Made by a program: the position numbers and the translations under genes. This document shows, piece by piece, positions 17,597 to 27,051 of a stretch of 64,000 nt of DNA (positions are counted from its first letter, which is position 1; each line of letters starts with the position of its first letter). The stretch is from a candidate division FCPU426 bacterium (GTDB taxonomy: Bacteria > Oederibacteriota > Muellerivitia > Muellerivitales > Muellerivitaceae): positions 76,294 to 140,293 of the forward strand of contig CAVTWJ010000018.1 in the NCBI GenBank assembly GCA_963738405.1, given 5' to 3'. A model generated the notes under the pieces. That model was not told the DNA's origin, searched no databases, and saw nothing but the letters and a program-made list of their open reading frames with translations.

Positions 17597-18706
17597 ATGG
17601 AAAAAATGAACTTTTCTAAACCATTCGTATTAGGAGCCGTGACTTCCTTTTTGGGACTCGTTTTATTAAGCGAGATGCTTCTTCGCCTGACGGTTCCAAC
17701 GGGTTTCTGGTACCGCCATTTCGACTTATCCGCCGATTTCACAAGTTTGGCCGAGGTTCAAGACCGGTTGCGTTACGGGGCCCAGGGAAACCCTGTCGTT
17801 TTTGTAATGGGTGACAGCGTATTGGGGGCCAGCGCCCTCATGGAACACCGCCTCCCAGGAGCCCGAACCCTGACTTTGGGGCGTTCCCTGGGCCGTGAGC
17901 TGGAACCGGATGGCATTCATGCCCTGACCCTTGGCGCCGATGGAATTCTTTTGCCAGATCTTTTGGCCCTTACCAGCGAGTTTCTTCCCCAATATGAAAA
18001 GATCTCAAATGGGCTTAAACCGCAAAAAATACTTTTGCTGCTGAATTTTCGTATGTTTTCTCAGGAATTCGCGTCCGGTCCCAAAGCCCTTTCCAGGGAA
18101 TTTTTAAAGGAAAATTTGCCTCTTTCCCTGGCGGCGGCGCTTGGGACCGATCCTAAGAAGACGGATGAAAACAGGCTCAGCGATAAACTTTTTGAATTCC
18201 TTTGCCGGCACTTCTTTCTTTTCCGCGAATCCCAAATGGCGAAGACCCTTTGGTATTACCCAAACCAGAAAGATTTTTTCCAGCGCCAGTTGGAGAAAGT
18301 CATGGGGCCGTCGAAAGAAGAGGAGGATTTGGTGGAAGCGGGCTTGAAACTCAAGATCGCGACCTATTACCAGGCCTACCACTGGCCGGAAGACGGGATG
18401 CCCTTTCTAAGTCTGGCGCTTTTATTACAAAGGTTGAAGGAATCCAATATCCCGGTCGATGTGATTTTAACTCCCCAAAACCCGGCCTTTTTAGGGGAAT
18501 ACTTGGACCGACCCAGTTTTGAATTCAACCGGAGGAATCTTCAGCTTTTCATGAAGGCCCATGGATTCAAGGGATTGGAGTACAGGGACTGGTCCAACCG
18601 ATATGAATCCCGCCTATTTCTGGATCATTGTCATTTGACCCCTGAGGGAAATCAGGCCTATGCCAGGGATTTGGCAGATCTGCTTGCGCGAAAGGAAAAA
18701 AGCTAA
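17597..18706 (+). CDS. membrane-anchored SGNH/GDSL-family hydrolase or acyltransferase
   Basis: It has an N-terminal transmembrane helix, a block-I motif (FVMGDSV) and a C-terminal block-V DxxH (DHCHLT). It is adjacent to an MBOAT gene. Confidence 0.55.
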   Translation: MEKMNFSKPFVLGAVTSFLGLVLLSEMLLRLTVPTGFWYRHFDLSADFTSLAEVQDRLRYGAQGNPVVFVMGDSVLGASALMEHRLPGARTLTLGRSLGRELEPDGIHALTLGADGILLPDLLALTSEFLPQYEKISNGLKPQKILLLLNFRMFSQEFASGPKALSREFLKENLPLSLAAALGTDPKKTDENRLSDKLFEFLCRHFFLFRESQMAKTLWYYPNQKDFFQRQLEKVMGPSKEEEDLVEAGLKLKIATYYQAYHWPEDGMPFLSLALLLQRLKESNIPVDVILTPQNPAFLGEYLDRPSFEFNRRNLQLFMKAHGFKGLEYRDWSNRYESRLFLDHCHLTPEGNQAYARDLADLLARKEKS

Positions 18707-18842
18707 TGAACCATTCATTTCTGAAGGGCCTGGGTGTGGGAATGGTTTTGTTTTTGCTTTTCCTGGCCATCCTTCTTTTTTCCGGGGATCTTTCTGCTTC
18801 CAAGTTTATTTATGTTGATTTTTAAAAACCGGGGAGCGCTTT

Positions 18843-20045
18843 TTGATATTTAATACGAGCTGGTTTCTTCTTTTTTTTCTCCTTTTTTATCCATTGCTTT
18901 GGCTGATGCCGACTCCCCGGTTCCGACTGGTTTATACGCTTGTCTGCAGCGCCATTTTTCATTACCACTTCGCCGGACCTGCCGGAATAAAACCCATCAT
19001 TGCCATGGCGGTTTTAACTTTTTTTTTCGCCCTCGGGATTGCGGCCAAGCGGCAGAAACCGGGAATGGGAAAGGGCCTTTATTTAGGAGCGGTTCTTATA
19101 CCGGTTTTAGGGCTGTTATTTTTCAAGTATCAATACCTGCTGGTTACTTCCCTGGGAAACATGATGGGAGGAGACATGGGGAGTTGGTTTCAAACCCACG
19201 CCTATCAGCCGGCCCTGCCCCTGGCCATTTCTTTTTTCACCTTTGAATTTGTCCATTACCTGACGGACGTCTACCACGGCAGCGAACCGGTGAGAAATCC
19301 CGTTAAGTTCGGTATTTTCTGCATTTTTTTCCCTTCCATCGTTTCGGGCCCCATCAAACGCTACCAGCCTTTTCTGGCCCAGCTTCAGGAAGGTTTGAAA
19401 AGGCCCGAGGTGGAAAGGGCCTTGCTGGGATTGTTCCAGGTATTATTAGGCTTCTTCAAAAAACTGGTCATTGCGGATAACGCGACGATGGTCATCCATC
19501 TTCTTGAAAAAAGAACTGATCTGACCTTTGGACCCACCTGCCTTCTTTTGGCGCTTCTTTCTATCCGTATACTTTTCGACTTTTCCGGCTATAGCGACAT
19601 CGCCATCGGCTTAGGCAAATTGATAGGCTTGGATCTGCCAATCAACTTTAATTTTCCTTACATTTCAAGAAATATCACGGAATTCTGGAGACGCTGGCAC
19701 ATATCCCTTAGCAGCTGGATTCGAGATTACATTTACATTTCCCTTGGTGGCAACCGTCACGGCTTGTTTAGAAAATTTTTGAACCTGATGGCGACCATGT
19801 TCGTGTGCGGATTGTGGCATGGAGCCAGCTGGCATTTCGGAATCTGGGGCCTCTATCATGGTTTGGGCTTGGTGCTCCACGGCATTTTTGAGAAAACCCG
19901 GGCCGGGCGCTGGTGGATTAACTTTCCTTTCAGTCGTTGGCTGGATATCGCGTTCACAAACCTCTTTGTCGCCTATGGGTGGCTTTTGTTTTTCTACCCG
20001 ATGGATCAGGTGGAAAAATTCACGAGATGTCTTTTGAGTTTTTGA
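18843..20045 (+). CDS. MBOAT-family membrane-bound O-acyltransferase (AlgI/DltB/PatA-like)
   Basis: It is polytopic and carries the conserved MBOAT histidine region (WRRWHISLSSWIRDYIY ... GLWHGASW). Confidence 0.85.
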   Translation: MIFNTSWFLLFFLLFYPLLWLMPTPRFRLVYTLVCSAIFHYHFAGPAGIKPIIAMAVLTFFFALGIAAKRQKPGMGKGLYLGAVLIPVLGLLFFKYQYLLVTSLGNMMGGDMGSWFQTHAYQPALPLAISFFTFEFVHYLTDVYHGSEPVRNPVKFGIFCIFFPSIVSGPIKRYQPFLAQLQEGLKRPEVERALLGLFQVLLGFFKKLVIADNATMVIHLLEKRTDLTFGPTCLLLALLSIRILFDFSGYSDIAIGLGKLIGLDLPINFNFPYISRNITEFWRRWHISLSSWIRDYIYISLGGNRHGLFRKFLNLMATMFVCGLWHGASWHFGIWGLYHGLGLVLHGIFEKTRAGRWWINFPFSRWLDIAFTNLFVAYGWLLFFYPMDQVEKFTRCLLSF

Positions 20046-20105
20046 TGGGGTGGGCGTATCTTGATTAAGGGTTTTGTTCGTTTGAATGCATCATTGGGAG
20101 GAAAC

Positions 20106-20588
20106 ATGAAAATTGGGTTTATCTTTTTATTTCTAACGGTTGCCGCGGTGGTTTTGGCGCAGGACGCCACTCCAACACCTTTTGCGACAATTCCGACGGG
20201 ACAATGGAAAACTTCATCCGTTCCCTGGGATGACTGGTTCCCCAAAAATGCGCTCGTGACGGATAAAGGGGATTACGTTCATTTCTTTTGGAATGCCGAG
20301 GACGCTAAGGAAAATTTCGCCGGCAAGGACCGCAAAGATCGGCTCGCTGATTCCGCGCTTGAATTGGCTGCGAAACTCCAACCCGCCGGTGCCAAGGCCG
20401 ATCTCGCCAAGGTGGATATTGTTTTTGTATTGGAAAGGGATTCCTACGGCCAGCCTAAATGGGACAGTCTTCAAAGGGTGGCCCATTTTGAGTTTTCGCG
20501 GGCGAAAGCCTTAAAGGTGTTGAATGGAAAGGCCGCCTGGACCGCTGCCGCTATGAAAAAAGTTTTTACTGTTGCCCAGTACTTTTGA
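20106..20588 (+). CDS. secreted hypothetical protein (signal peptide MKIGFIFLFLTVAAVVLAQ)
   Basis: The ORF is directly downstream of the MBOAT gene. The track ORF begins at 20061, and the ATG at 20106 gives a canonical signal peptide. Confidence 0.45.
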   Translation: MKIGFIFLFLTVAAVVLAQDATPTPFATIPTGQWKTSSVPWDDWFPKNALVTDKGDYVHFFWNAEDAKENFAGKDRKDRLADSALELAAKLQPAGAKADLAKVDIVFVLERDSYGQPKWDSLQRVAHFEFSRAKALKVLNGKAAWTAAAMKKVFTVAQYF

Positions 20589-20633
20589 TCCCTCTTTCAT
20601 GATTCTCAGAGGCTAGGGTTGTAAGGCTGGTGT

Positions 20634-20663
20634 TGGTTGAAAAGGCCATTTTTTCGCTATAAA
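20634..20663 (+). promoter_or_regulatory. putative sigma70-like promoter for the tRNA-Val gene (TTGGTT/TTGAAA ... TATAAA)
   Basis: The -35/-10-like hexamers lie about 50 nt upstream of the tRNA. This call rests on sequence alone. Confidence 0.25.
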
Positions 20664-20714
20664 CTACCAGCCCTCTCTCAGATCATGCCATTAGGTAAAT
20701 GGTCGATGGACCTT

Positions 20715-20791
20715 GGACATTTAGCTCAGCTGGTTAGAGCGTCGCGTTCACATCGCGAAGGTCACTGGTTCGAGTCCAGTAATGTCCACCA
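20715..20791 (+). tRNA. tRNA-Val: tRNA-Val (anticodon CAC)
   Basis: I folded the cloverleaf by hand. The acceptor stem GGACATT/AATGTCC is perfect, with a D-arm GCTC...GAGC, an anticodon stem TCGCG/CGCGA around loop TTCACAT, and a T-arm ACTGG-TTCGAGT-CCAGT. A CCA 3' end is encoded. Confidence 0.9.
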
Positions 20792-20796
20792 TAAAT

Positions 20797-20827
20797 GCCC
20801 CTCCCTTTTGGGCGGGGCTTTTTTATT
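20797..20827 (+). terminator. rho-independent terminator after tRNA-Val
   Basis: The stem pairs gcccctccc with gggcggggc, with one mismatch, and is followed by a TTTTTTATTT run. Confidence 0.55.
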
Positions 20828-20935
20828 TGGGTTGTTTTATGGATTGAATGGACCTTAAGCATAATCACTGGATCTGTTCCTAAAAGGTTGGGTTCGGGAT
20901 TTAAGCATGCGGAAGGAAATTGATGGAGGCGTGAT

Positions 20936-23023
20936 TTGGGGAATTTTCTTAAAAATTCTTCCTGGCCGGGAAGGTTTTACAAAAGAAGCTTGAAGGGGAA
21001 GGCGGTTAAATGGCGCCCGATCCTTTTTTTCCTCATGGGACTTGGGGTATCCCTTCCCCAGAGTTCTTGGGCCGTTCGCCCCATGTACCATTCCATCGCC
21101 CTGGTGGCTGGCAGCGGTTCCCAGGGGTTCCTCGACGGATCTTTCACCTCGGCGCTTTTTAATAATCCTCTTGGATTGGCCATCAATAAAGATGGAACCC
21201 TGCTTTTTGTGGCCGATACGGGAAACAATCGCATCCGCGTTGTCCATCTTGACCAATCAAATAGGGTTTCAACCCTCACGGGCCAGGATTCCCCGGGGAG
21301 CCAGAACGGTCCTTTGACAGTAGCCAATTTCAACCAACCCAGGGGTGTACTTTGCATCCCGGGGGAACGGCTCGTCGTCAATGACTTTGGCAACGGCTTA
21401 CTGCGTCTTATAGACCTGAAAACCGGTTGGGTCTCCAATCTTGCTGGAGGTCCCACAGCCAATTTATCGGAAGGTCCCGCGTCCCAGGTATCTATGGGTG
21501 GAATCCGAGACATGGCCTATTTGCCGGAAGCCGACTCGCTTTTCTTAACCCAACCGGGGGAAAAATCGCTCAAAAGGCTGGATTTGAAAACCGGGGAAGT
21601 GACTTTTGTCCTGCGGGAAAACGCGGATATTCCGGCACCCATTTCGATTTGTGGGGTCGGAGGAAAACTTTACATTGCCGATTCGGATCGAATCTTCAGC
21701 ATGAATTGGAAGGCCGGCTTGGACCCTAAAATCGCCTTGATCGCCACCCTCTCCTCAAATATACAGGCCCTGGCGGAAAACGGGGACCGGCTTTACGCGC
21801 TCAATTTAAACAGCGTGACACCGTTGGTGAGAGTTCTTCCCCAGCTGGAACCGGTGACTTTTACCACAACTTCCGGCGATGTGATGCCTGATCCGGGAAA
21901 AAACTTGCCCACCTTCTCGACCCAACAACCCCCTTGTTTCGTCTCTGATCCCACGGACGAAAGCAAATTTTTCATCATGAATCCGTCTCTCAACATCATC
22001 ACATCCTTCAGGGATCTGTTTGGTCGCGAACCTGACTGGTACGCATGGAGGAATTCGAATGGTTTGAATGAAGACGAGTATCCAGCGCACAAGCCTCCCC
22101 GGACTTTCCGCATTCTCTTCTGTGGTGATTCCCGGTCCTGCGGGGTCGTCAATTACCCTTTCAAGACGACCTGGAATATCCAATCCTGGAAAAACGTGAC
22201 CGGGGACGTAAATGGGGCCCCTCCGCGCCAGGTCAGCATCGCCAAAAGGATGGAAGTCGAGCTGAATACACTCGCGGCCCTGGACGATTTACCTTTTAAC
22301 TTTGAAGTCTTAAGTTTATTCCACAATGCCAACGATCCCCCCCTTCTCGTATGGCCGGCTTACGAAATCCCCGATGCGGTTAAAAAGAATGACATCGATT
22401 TAGTCATGATTTTCTGGCCTCCCCCCGAAATTATGCCCGATCTCCCCCCTGTCATTTCTTATTACCAACGCCCTATTAATTCAGAGGGGATTCCCGAGAA
22501 ATGTATCGATCCCGAGTATCTCTTGAAGCCTCTCCAGGAAAGAATTCCCGAGGGTGCGCCAAGGCAATTCTATGAAATGTGCAAAGCCCGTCATTTCGTC
22601 AGGGAGAGCGAGAGTTCTTATTTTTTCGATTTGAAAGTATACAAGGATCCGGCTTTTCGCGATCTCCTCATACAGCTGTACGGCAAACCCTTCGAAGTCC
22701 TAAAGAAAAAACTTTCCATTTTGAAAACCTCCGGGGGCCAACCCGTCCGGTTGCTTTTTTGTTCCGCCCATACGAGCGTATTTGACAAACCGGTGGAAGA
22801 CCCGGTCATGTGGAAGGAAATAACCAAAAATCTGGATATCTCCTTCCTGAATTTAAACGATGAAGTGTCGGCTTTAACACCTTCCTTTTTTCCCTTGGCT
22901 GAAGTCGGAGGGAATGACCATTTGGATCCGGACGGCCACCTTTTCTTCAGCTGGCTTCTAGTCCATGACCTCATTCGGGATGGATATTTGCCATGGGGCA
23001 AGACGCCTCCATCCAACCCCTGA
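20936..23023 (+). CDS. secreted NHL-repeat (beta-propeller) protein with a C-terminal SGNH-hydrolase-like domain
   Basis: It has a signal peptide. NHL-type repeats are present (LGLAINKDGTLLFVADTGNNRIRVV and others). The C-terminal region has GDS (ILFCGDSRS) and DxxH (GGNDHLDPDGH) blocks. Confidence 0.5.
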   Translation: MGNFLKNSSWPGRFYKRSLKGKAVKWRPILFFLMGLGVSLPQSSWAVRPMYHSIALVAGSGSQGFLDGSFTSALFNNPLGLAINKDGTLLFVADTGNNRIRVVHLDQSNRVSTLTGQDSPGSQNGPLTVANFNQPRGVLCIPGERLVVNDFGNGLLRLIDLKTGWVSNLAGGPTANLSEGPASQVSMGGIRDMAYLPEADSLFLTQPGEKSLKRLDLKTGEVTFVLRENADIPAPISICGVGGKLYIADSDRIFSMNWKAGLDPKIALIATLSSNIQALAENGDRLYALNLNSVTPLVRVLPQLEPVTFTTTSGDVMPDPGKNLPTFSTQQPPCFVSDPTDESKFFIMNPSLNIITSFRDLFGREPDWYAWRNSNGLNEDEYPAHKPPRTFRILFCGDSRSCGVVNYPFKTTWNIQSWKNVTGDVNGAPPRQVSIAKRMEVELNTLAALDDLPFNFEVLSLFHNANDPPLLVWPAYEIPDAVKKNDIDLVMIFWPPPEIMPDLPPVISYYQRPINSEGIPEKCIDPEYLLKPLQERIPEGAPRQFYEMCKARHFVRESESSYFFDLKVYKDPAFRDLLIQLYGKPFEVLKKKLSILKTSGGQPVRLLFCSAHTSVFDKPVEDPVMWKEITKNLDISFLNLNDEVSALTPSFFPLAEVGGNDHLDPDGHLFFSWLLVHDLIRDGYLPWGKTPPSNP

Positions 23024-23138
23024 TCGAGAGGCCGGTTCCTCCCATGAGCTCAAAGGGAGCGGTGTCATAGGTTGGGATGAACAAAGGTTTAAAAAGTCGG
23101 GAAAGATACGATCAAAGAATCTGTTACAATAGCTTTAT

Positions 23139-23828
23139 ATGTGCACTCGATATGTATTGAAAAGTCCTTCGAAGGCCATTTCCCAATTATTCAAGCTGGA
23201 AAAGACGTTTGAATGGAAATCCAGCTATAACATCGCGCCTTCCCAAACCGTCCCCGCGGTCATTCGTCCGATGGAAAATAAAAAAAGAGAAATCAAAATG
23301 CTCCGATGGGGCTTCGTGGCTTCTTGGACCCAGGGCGGGCGGTTGGTCGTGAATACACGCTCGGAAGACATTCAGGATCGGCCCCTTTTTCAGGAAAGTT
23401 TCGAGCACTGGCGCTGTTTGGTGCCCATGGACGGGTTTTACGAATGGCGCCATGAGGCCAAGGAAACCCGCCCTTATTATTTTAAGATGAAGGATGAAAA
23501 ACCTTTCGCGGTGGCTGGAATTTGGGCCACACAGAAGTTGGAAACGGGTACGGTAGATTCCGTGAGCCTCATGACCACTACCCCCAATGAAGCGGTGAGG
23601 GCTATTCATGACCGGATGCCCGTGATTCTTGAAGAAAAGGACTTTGGCCTGTGGTTGGATATTGAAGACGTGCGGGATTTTAAGAAATTGCGGGAATTAT
23701 TAAGACCCTTTCCTGCCGAGAAAATGACCAGTATTCCGGTCAGCTCCAAAGTCAATAAGACGACTTTTGACGAATCCGGTTGCATTGAAATCTCATACGA
23801 ACCGGAAACCCTTTCCTTCAATTTTTGA
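23139..23828 (+). CDS. SOS-response-associated peptidase (SRAP/YedK-family, abasic-site processing)
   Basis: The N-terminus is MCTRY... with the catalytic Cys2 layout, and the SRAP core is conserved (WRHEAKETRPYYF, RMPVIL). Confidence 0.8.
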   Translation: MCTRYVLKSPSKAISQLFKLEKTFEWKSSYNIAPSQTVPAVIRPMENKKREIKMLRWGFVASWTQGGRLVVNTRSEDIQDRPLFQESFEHWRCLVPMDGFYEWRHEAKETRPYYFKMKDEKPFAVAGIWATQKLETGTVDSVSLMTTTPNEAVRAIHDRMPVILEEKDFGLWLDIEDVRDFKKLRELLRPFPAEKMTSIPVSSKVNKTTFDESGCIEISYEPETLSFNF

Positions 23829-23833
23829 TCTTT

Positions 23834-24292
23834 TTATTTTTTGAAAGTGGCGAAGTTAGAAGGGGTTTCCCACAGGGTGAGCTCTTGCAAGACTACCTTT
23901 TCCCTTTTCAGCACAGGCTCCAGCCTCTTCCAAATGACCACCAGAAGGTTCTCCACCGTGGTCTGGAAAAGCGGGTCGCTTTTGAAGGGTTCCACTTCCC
24001 GGTTGATGAACCGATGATCCAATGAATCGAAAATTTCCCGCTTTAATATTTCTTTTAAAATTTTAAAATCCACCACAAAACCGGTTTCGGGATGGATAGG
24101 GCCCTTAACGGTCACCCGGAGGCGGTAAGAATGCCCGTGCGGATAAAGGCTGGCTTGAGGGTCATCCTTTCGGAATCCGGAGCATTTTTTAAATATCTCC
24201 AGATTTTTGTCCCGGTTCCATTTGGGATGATGCAGGTAATGGGCTGCCTCAAAAGTTATTTCCTTGGTGAGTTCAAGCAGAATGCGTTTCAT
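23834..24292 (-). CDS. queD: 6-carboxy-5,6,7,8-tetrahydropterin synthase QueD / 6-pyruvoyl-tetrahydropterin synthase family
   Basis: It has PTPS motifs (FEAAHYL ... HGHSYRLRV ... ETGFVVDF). The track ORF extends to 24379, but the MKRILLELT start at 24292 fits family length. Confidence 0.8.
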   Translation of the reverse strand: MKRILLELTKEITFEAAHYLHHPKWNRDKNLEIFKKCSGFRKDDPQASLYPHGHSYRLRVTVKGPIHPETGFVVDFKILKEILKREIFDSLDHRFINREVEPFKSDPLFQTTVENLLVVIWKRLEPVLKREKVVLQELTLWETPSNFATFKK

Positions 24293-24323
24293 GGAAGCCT
24301 CGATGGGGAAACGGGAAAGGGGT

Positions 24324-25970
24324 TCAATTTTCCGGTTCCTTGAATTTTTGGGCGATGGGGACCCGTCGTCCCAGGCCAAAGGCCTTTGTCGTGACCTTGA
24401 GACCGGGAGCCATCTGTCGGCGCTTGTATTCGTTTCGGTTGATCATCTTTAGAACGTTTTGTACCAGATCCTTTTCGAACCCCGCTTTTTTAAGCTTGGA
24501 AGGCGGCTGGTTTTCCTCAATGTAAAGTCGAAGGATGCCGTCCAAGAGGTCATAGGGGGGCAGTGAATCCTGATCCTTTTGGTCAGGCCGCAATTCCGCG
24601 GAGGGGGGTTTTTCAAAAACCGCTTCAGGTATCAGGGGCTTGATCCGGTTTGCGTGTCTCGACAGTTGATACACCATTCCCTTGGGAACGTCTGAAATGA
24701 CCGCCAAACCTCCGCACATGTCGCCGTAAAGGGTGCAATAGCCGACCGCCAATTCACTTTTGTTGCCGGTGGAGAGAACCAACCGGTTGAACTTGTTAGA
24801 TAAAGCCATCAACAGTAACCCCCGCAGGCGGGCCTGGATATTTTCCTCAGTGGTGTCGGGGGTTAGCCCTTCGAAAATAGGTTTCAAGGCCGCGAGAGAC
24901 GCTTGGTAAAGAGGCGTTATGGGAATTTCTTTGAATTCAATCTGTAGGGCTTCAGCCAATTGCCGCGAATCCTCAATGGAACCCATGGAGGAAAAGGGGG
25001 AAGGCATGGTGACGCCCATGACATTGACGCTGCCCAGGGCCTCGGAGGCGATGGCCGCCACTAGGGCCGAATCAATGCCGCCGGACAAGCCCACGAGCAC
25101 CTTTTCAAAACCGCATTTGCGCACGTAATCCCGGGTGCCTGTCACCAGGGCCTGGTAAATCCATCCAACCTCGGTGCTCGGGGGAGGAGGGTTTTTGGCG
25201 GAAGGGTTTTCGGTGTCATAAACAAAAAAATCCTCCTCAAAGGCCTTTCCCACCTGAAAAAGATTTCCTGCCCCATCCATCACCATGCTGCAGCCGTCAA
25301 AGACCAGTTCGTCATTACCGCCAACCAGGTTGCAATAGAGTATGGGTGCGCCTGTTTTCTTGGTCACTTTCTTTAAAAGGGCCTGACGCACGGGAAGTTT
25401 GGCGGCGTGAAAAGGTGAAGCGGACAGATTTAATATTAGATCCGGTTTCCCTTTGGCGATCTCAACCACAGGGTCTTTTTCATATAAGCGGTTCGGGAAT
25501 ACCCCCTCCGCGTTCCAAATGTCCTCGCAGAGGGTCATGCCGATCTTGAGTCCACCATATAAAAATGGCGGAGTGGGGTGGGGAGCGGGCGCGAAATAGC
25601 GAGCCTCATCGAAAACGTCATAATTAGGAAGAAGAACCTTATGGTAAGTATGGAGAACCTTTCCATCCTTGACCGCGACGGCGGAATTAAATAGGGCTGG
25701 CCCTTTTCCTTTGTTTTCAAGGATAGTGCCTACCACGGCTAAAATTCCCTTAGAGGCCTTGGCCACTTGGTCGAGAGCCCTTTGGGCGGCCTCAAAAAAG
25801 GAGAAGCGGTCTAAGAGATCCCTGGGGGGATAACCCGTCAGGGTTAACTCGGGAAAAAGGGCCATCTCACAACCTTGGGCCTTGGCTTTCTCAAGGGAAA
25901 GGATCACTTTGGCGATATTGCCGTCAAAGTCGCCCACCGTAGTGTTAATCTGGCAAATGGCGATTTTCAT
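24324..25970 (-). CDS. nadE: glutamine-dependent NAD+ synthetase NadE (CN-hydrolase domain plus NAD synthetase domain)
   Basis: The N-terminus is a nitrilase-like domain (MKIAICQIN...). The C-terminal part has the PP-loop SGGIDS. Confidence 0.9.
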   Translation of the reverse strand: MKIAICQINTTVGDFDGNIAKVILSLEKAKAQGCEMALFPELTLTGYPPRDLLDRFSFFEAAQRALDQVAKASKGILAVVGTILENKGKGPALFNSAVAVKDGKVLHTYHKVLLPNYDVFDEARYFAPAPHPTPPFLYGGLKIGMTLCEDIWNAEGVFPNRLYEKDPVVEIAKGKPDLILNLSASPFHAAKLPVRQALLKKVTKKTGAPILYCNLVGGNDELVFDGCSMVMDGAGNLFQVGKAFEEDFFVYDTENPSAKNPPPPSTEVGWIYQALVTGTRDYVRKCGFEKVLVGLSGGIDSALVAAIASEALGSVNVMGVTMPSPFSSMGSIEDSRQLAEALQIEFKEIPITPLYQASLAALKPIFEGLTPDTTEENIQARLRGLLLMALSNKFNRLVLSTGNKSELAVGYCTLYGDMCGGLAVISDVPKGMVYQLSRHANRIKPLIPEAVFEKPPSAELRPDQKDQDSLPPYDLLDGILRLYIEENQPPSKLKKAGFEKDLVQNVLKMINRNEYKRRQMAPGLKVTTKAFGLGRRVPIAQKFKEPEN

Positions 25971-26031
25971 GAAGCCCCATATGGAACCGGCAAGTTGATT
26001 GTGCCGGAGTGATTTGAGGGCCTAGTGTAAG

Positions 26032-26577
26032 GTGAAGGAAGGGCTAAGTCAAAAAGGGAGGGTTTGGGTGGTATTTGGGGTCTTGGCCGATACGGCGGGG
26101 TTGTTAACCCTTTCCGATTTGAATTTACTTCGGCGCGCCTTCAAGGGCGTGGATGCCATTTTGCACGCGGGGCCCGTGGGGGATCTGCGGGTCCTGGAAC
26201 AACTCTCCCAATTGGCTCCCACCAAGGGGGTTTGCGGAAACGCCGAAAGCTCCATCGTGCGGTCCGAAATGTATGTTCGGATCGCCTGGCGACAAGGCGC
26301 TCTCACCATGGGACTCATCCACGGATACGGAAAACCGCAGCATCTGAAACAGTTTTTGTTGCGTCAATTCGAGGAAGATCCTGTTCAAGTCATTGTCTAT
26401 GGAAGCAATTTTGAGCCCCTGGCCCGGCAATACGGTGAAACATTCTTTTTCAATCCGGGATCCTTTTCGGGAAGACAACCCGAAGGTCAAAAGGGAACTG
26501 GAAAAAGAAGGGTCGGTCTCCTCTATATCCAAGGGCGTAAAGTGGAAGGCCAACCCGGGATTCTTTTGGCCCCTTGA
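26032..26577 (+). CDS. YfcE-like metallophosphoesterase family protein with partly degenerate metal-binding motifs
   Basis: The calcineurin-like fold blocks are recognisable (VVFGVLADTAG, HAGPVGD, GNAES). The true start is probably the GTG near 26062, after a GGGAGG ribosome-binding site. Confidence 0.55.
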   Translation: MKEGLSQKGRVWVVFGVLADTAGLLTLSDLNLLRRAFKGVDAILHAGPVGDLRVLEQLSQLAPTKGVCGNAESSIVRSEMYVRIAWRQGALTMGLIHGYGKPQHLKQFLLRQFEEDPVQVIVYGSNFEPLARQYGETFFFNPGSFSGRQPEGQKGTGKRRVGLLYIQGRKVEGQPGILLAP

Positions 26578-26651
26578 CATAAGCCCAAGGAATGATCGTA
26601 TAATTAATTGACTGATAACCGTTTTCATTTGACGGAAGAAGTGAGGAACAA

Positions 26652-26975
26652 ATGCTTCAACTGACCGATTCGGCGATTACCAAGGTCAAGGATTTCGCCA
26701 CCAAGAACGCCTCCTACCAAGGAAAAACCTTCAGGGTCTATGTCCAAGGGGGAGGCTGCAACGGCTTCTCTTATGGTTTTGCTTTCGACCAAAAGCGGGA
26801 TGACGACGAAGTAACCAAAGCGGGGGATGTGGAAGTGCTGGTGGACCCCCAAAGCGCCCGTTACCTGAACGGTTCGAAGATTGATTACGTTGAGGATTTG
26901 AAAGGGGCCGGATTCGTGATTGAAAACCCCAATACCACCGGAACTTGCGGGTGCGGAAATAGCGTTAGCTTCTAA
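26652..26975 (+). CDS. erpA: A-type iron-sulfur cluster carrier (ErpA/IscA, HesB family)
   Basis: The three conserved Cys are present (GGGCNGFSY ... GTCGCGNS). Its 107-aa length is typical. Confidence 0.85.
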   Translation: MLQLTDSAITKVKDFATKNASYQGKTFRVYVQGGGCNGFSYGFAFDQKRDDDEVTKAGDVEVLVDPQSARYLNGSKIDYVEDLKGAGFVIENPNTTGTCGCGNSVSF

Positions 26976-27002
26976 ACTTAAAGTTTAAACTTAATTTCAT
27001 AA

Positions 27003-27032
27003 AAGCGGCCTTGGCCGCTTTTTGTTTTTTGG
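27003..27032 (+). terminator. rho-independent terminator after erpA
   Basis: A hairpin (agcggccttggccgct) is followed by a TTTTTGTTTTTT run. Confidence 0.5.
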
Positions 27033-27051
27033 GGGCATTGAAAGGCCACGT

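Noticed and set aside
20637-20858. 73-aa ORF overlapping the tRNA-Val gene
   Set aside because: It runs straight through a hand-verified tRNA cloverleaf and its terminator. It is an artefact of ORF calling.
23024-23138. Possible LexA/SOS box upstream of the SRAP gene (ctgttacaatag...)
   Set aside because: I could find no dyad matching CTGT-N8-ACAG, GAAC-N4-GTTC or GTTC-N7-GTTC consensus types. It is not supportable from sequence alone.
24292-24379. N-terminal extension of queD overlapping the nadE 3' end
   Set aside because: The longer ORF start (24379) would overlap nadE by 56 nt and add 29 non-conserved residues. The internal Met at 24292 fits the PTPS family better, so I do not treat the overlap as real.
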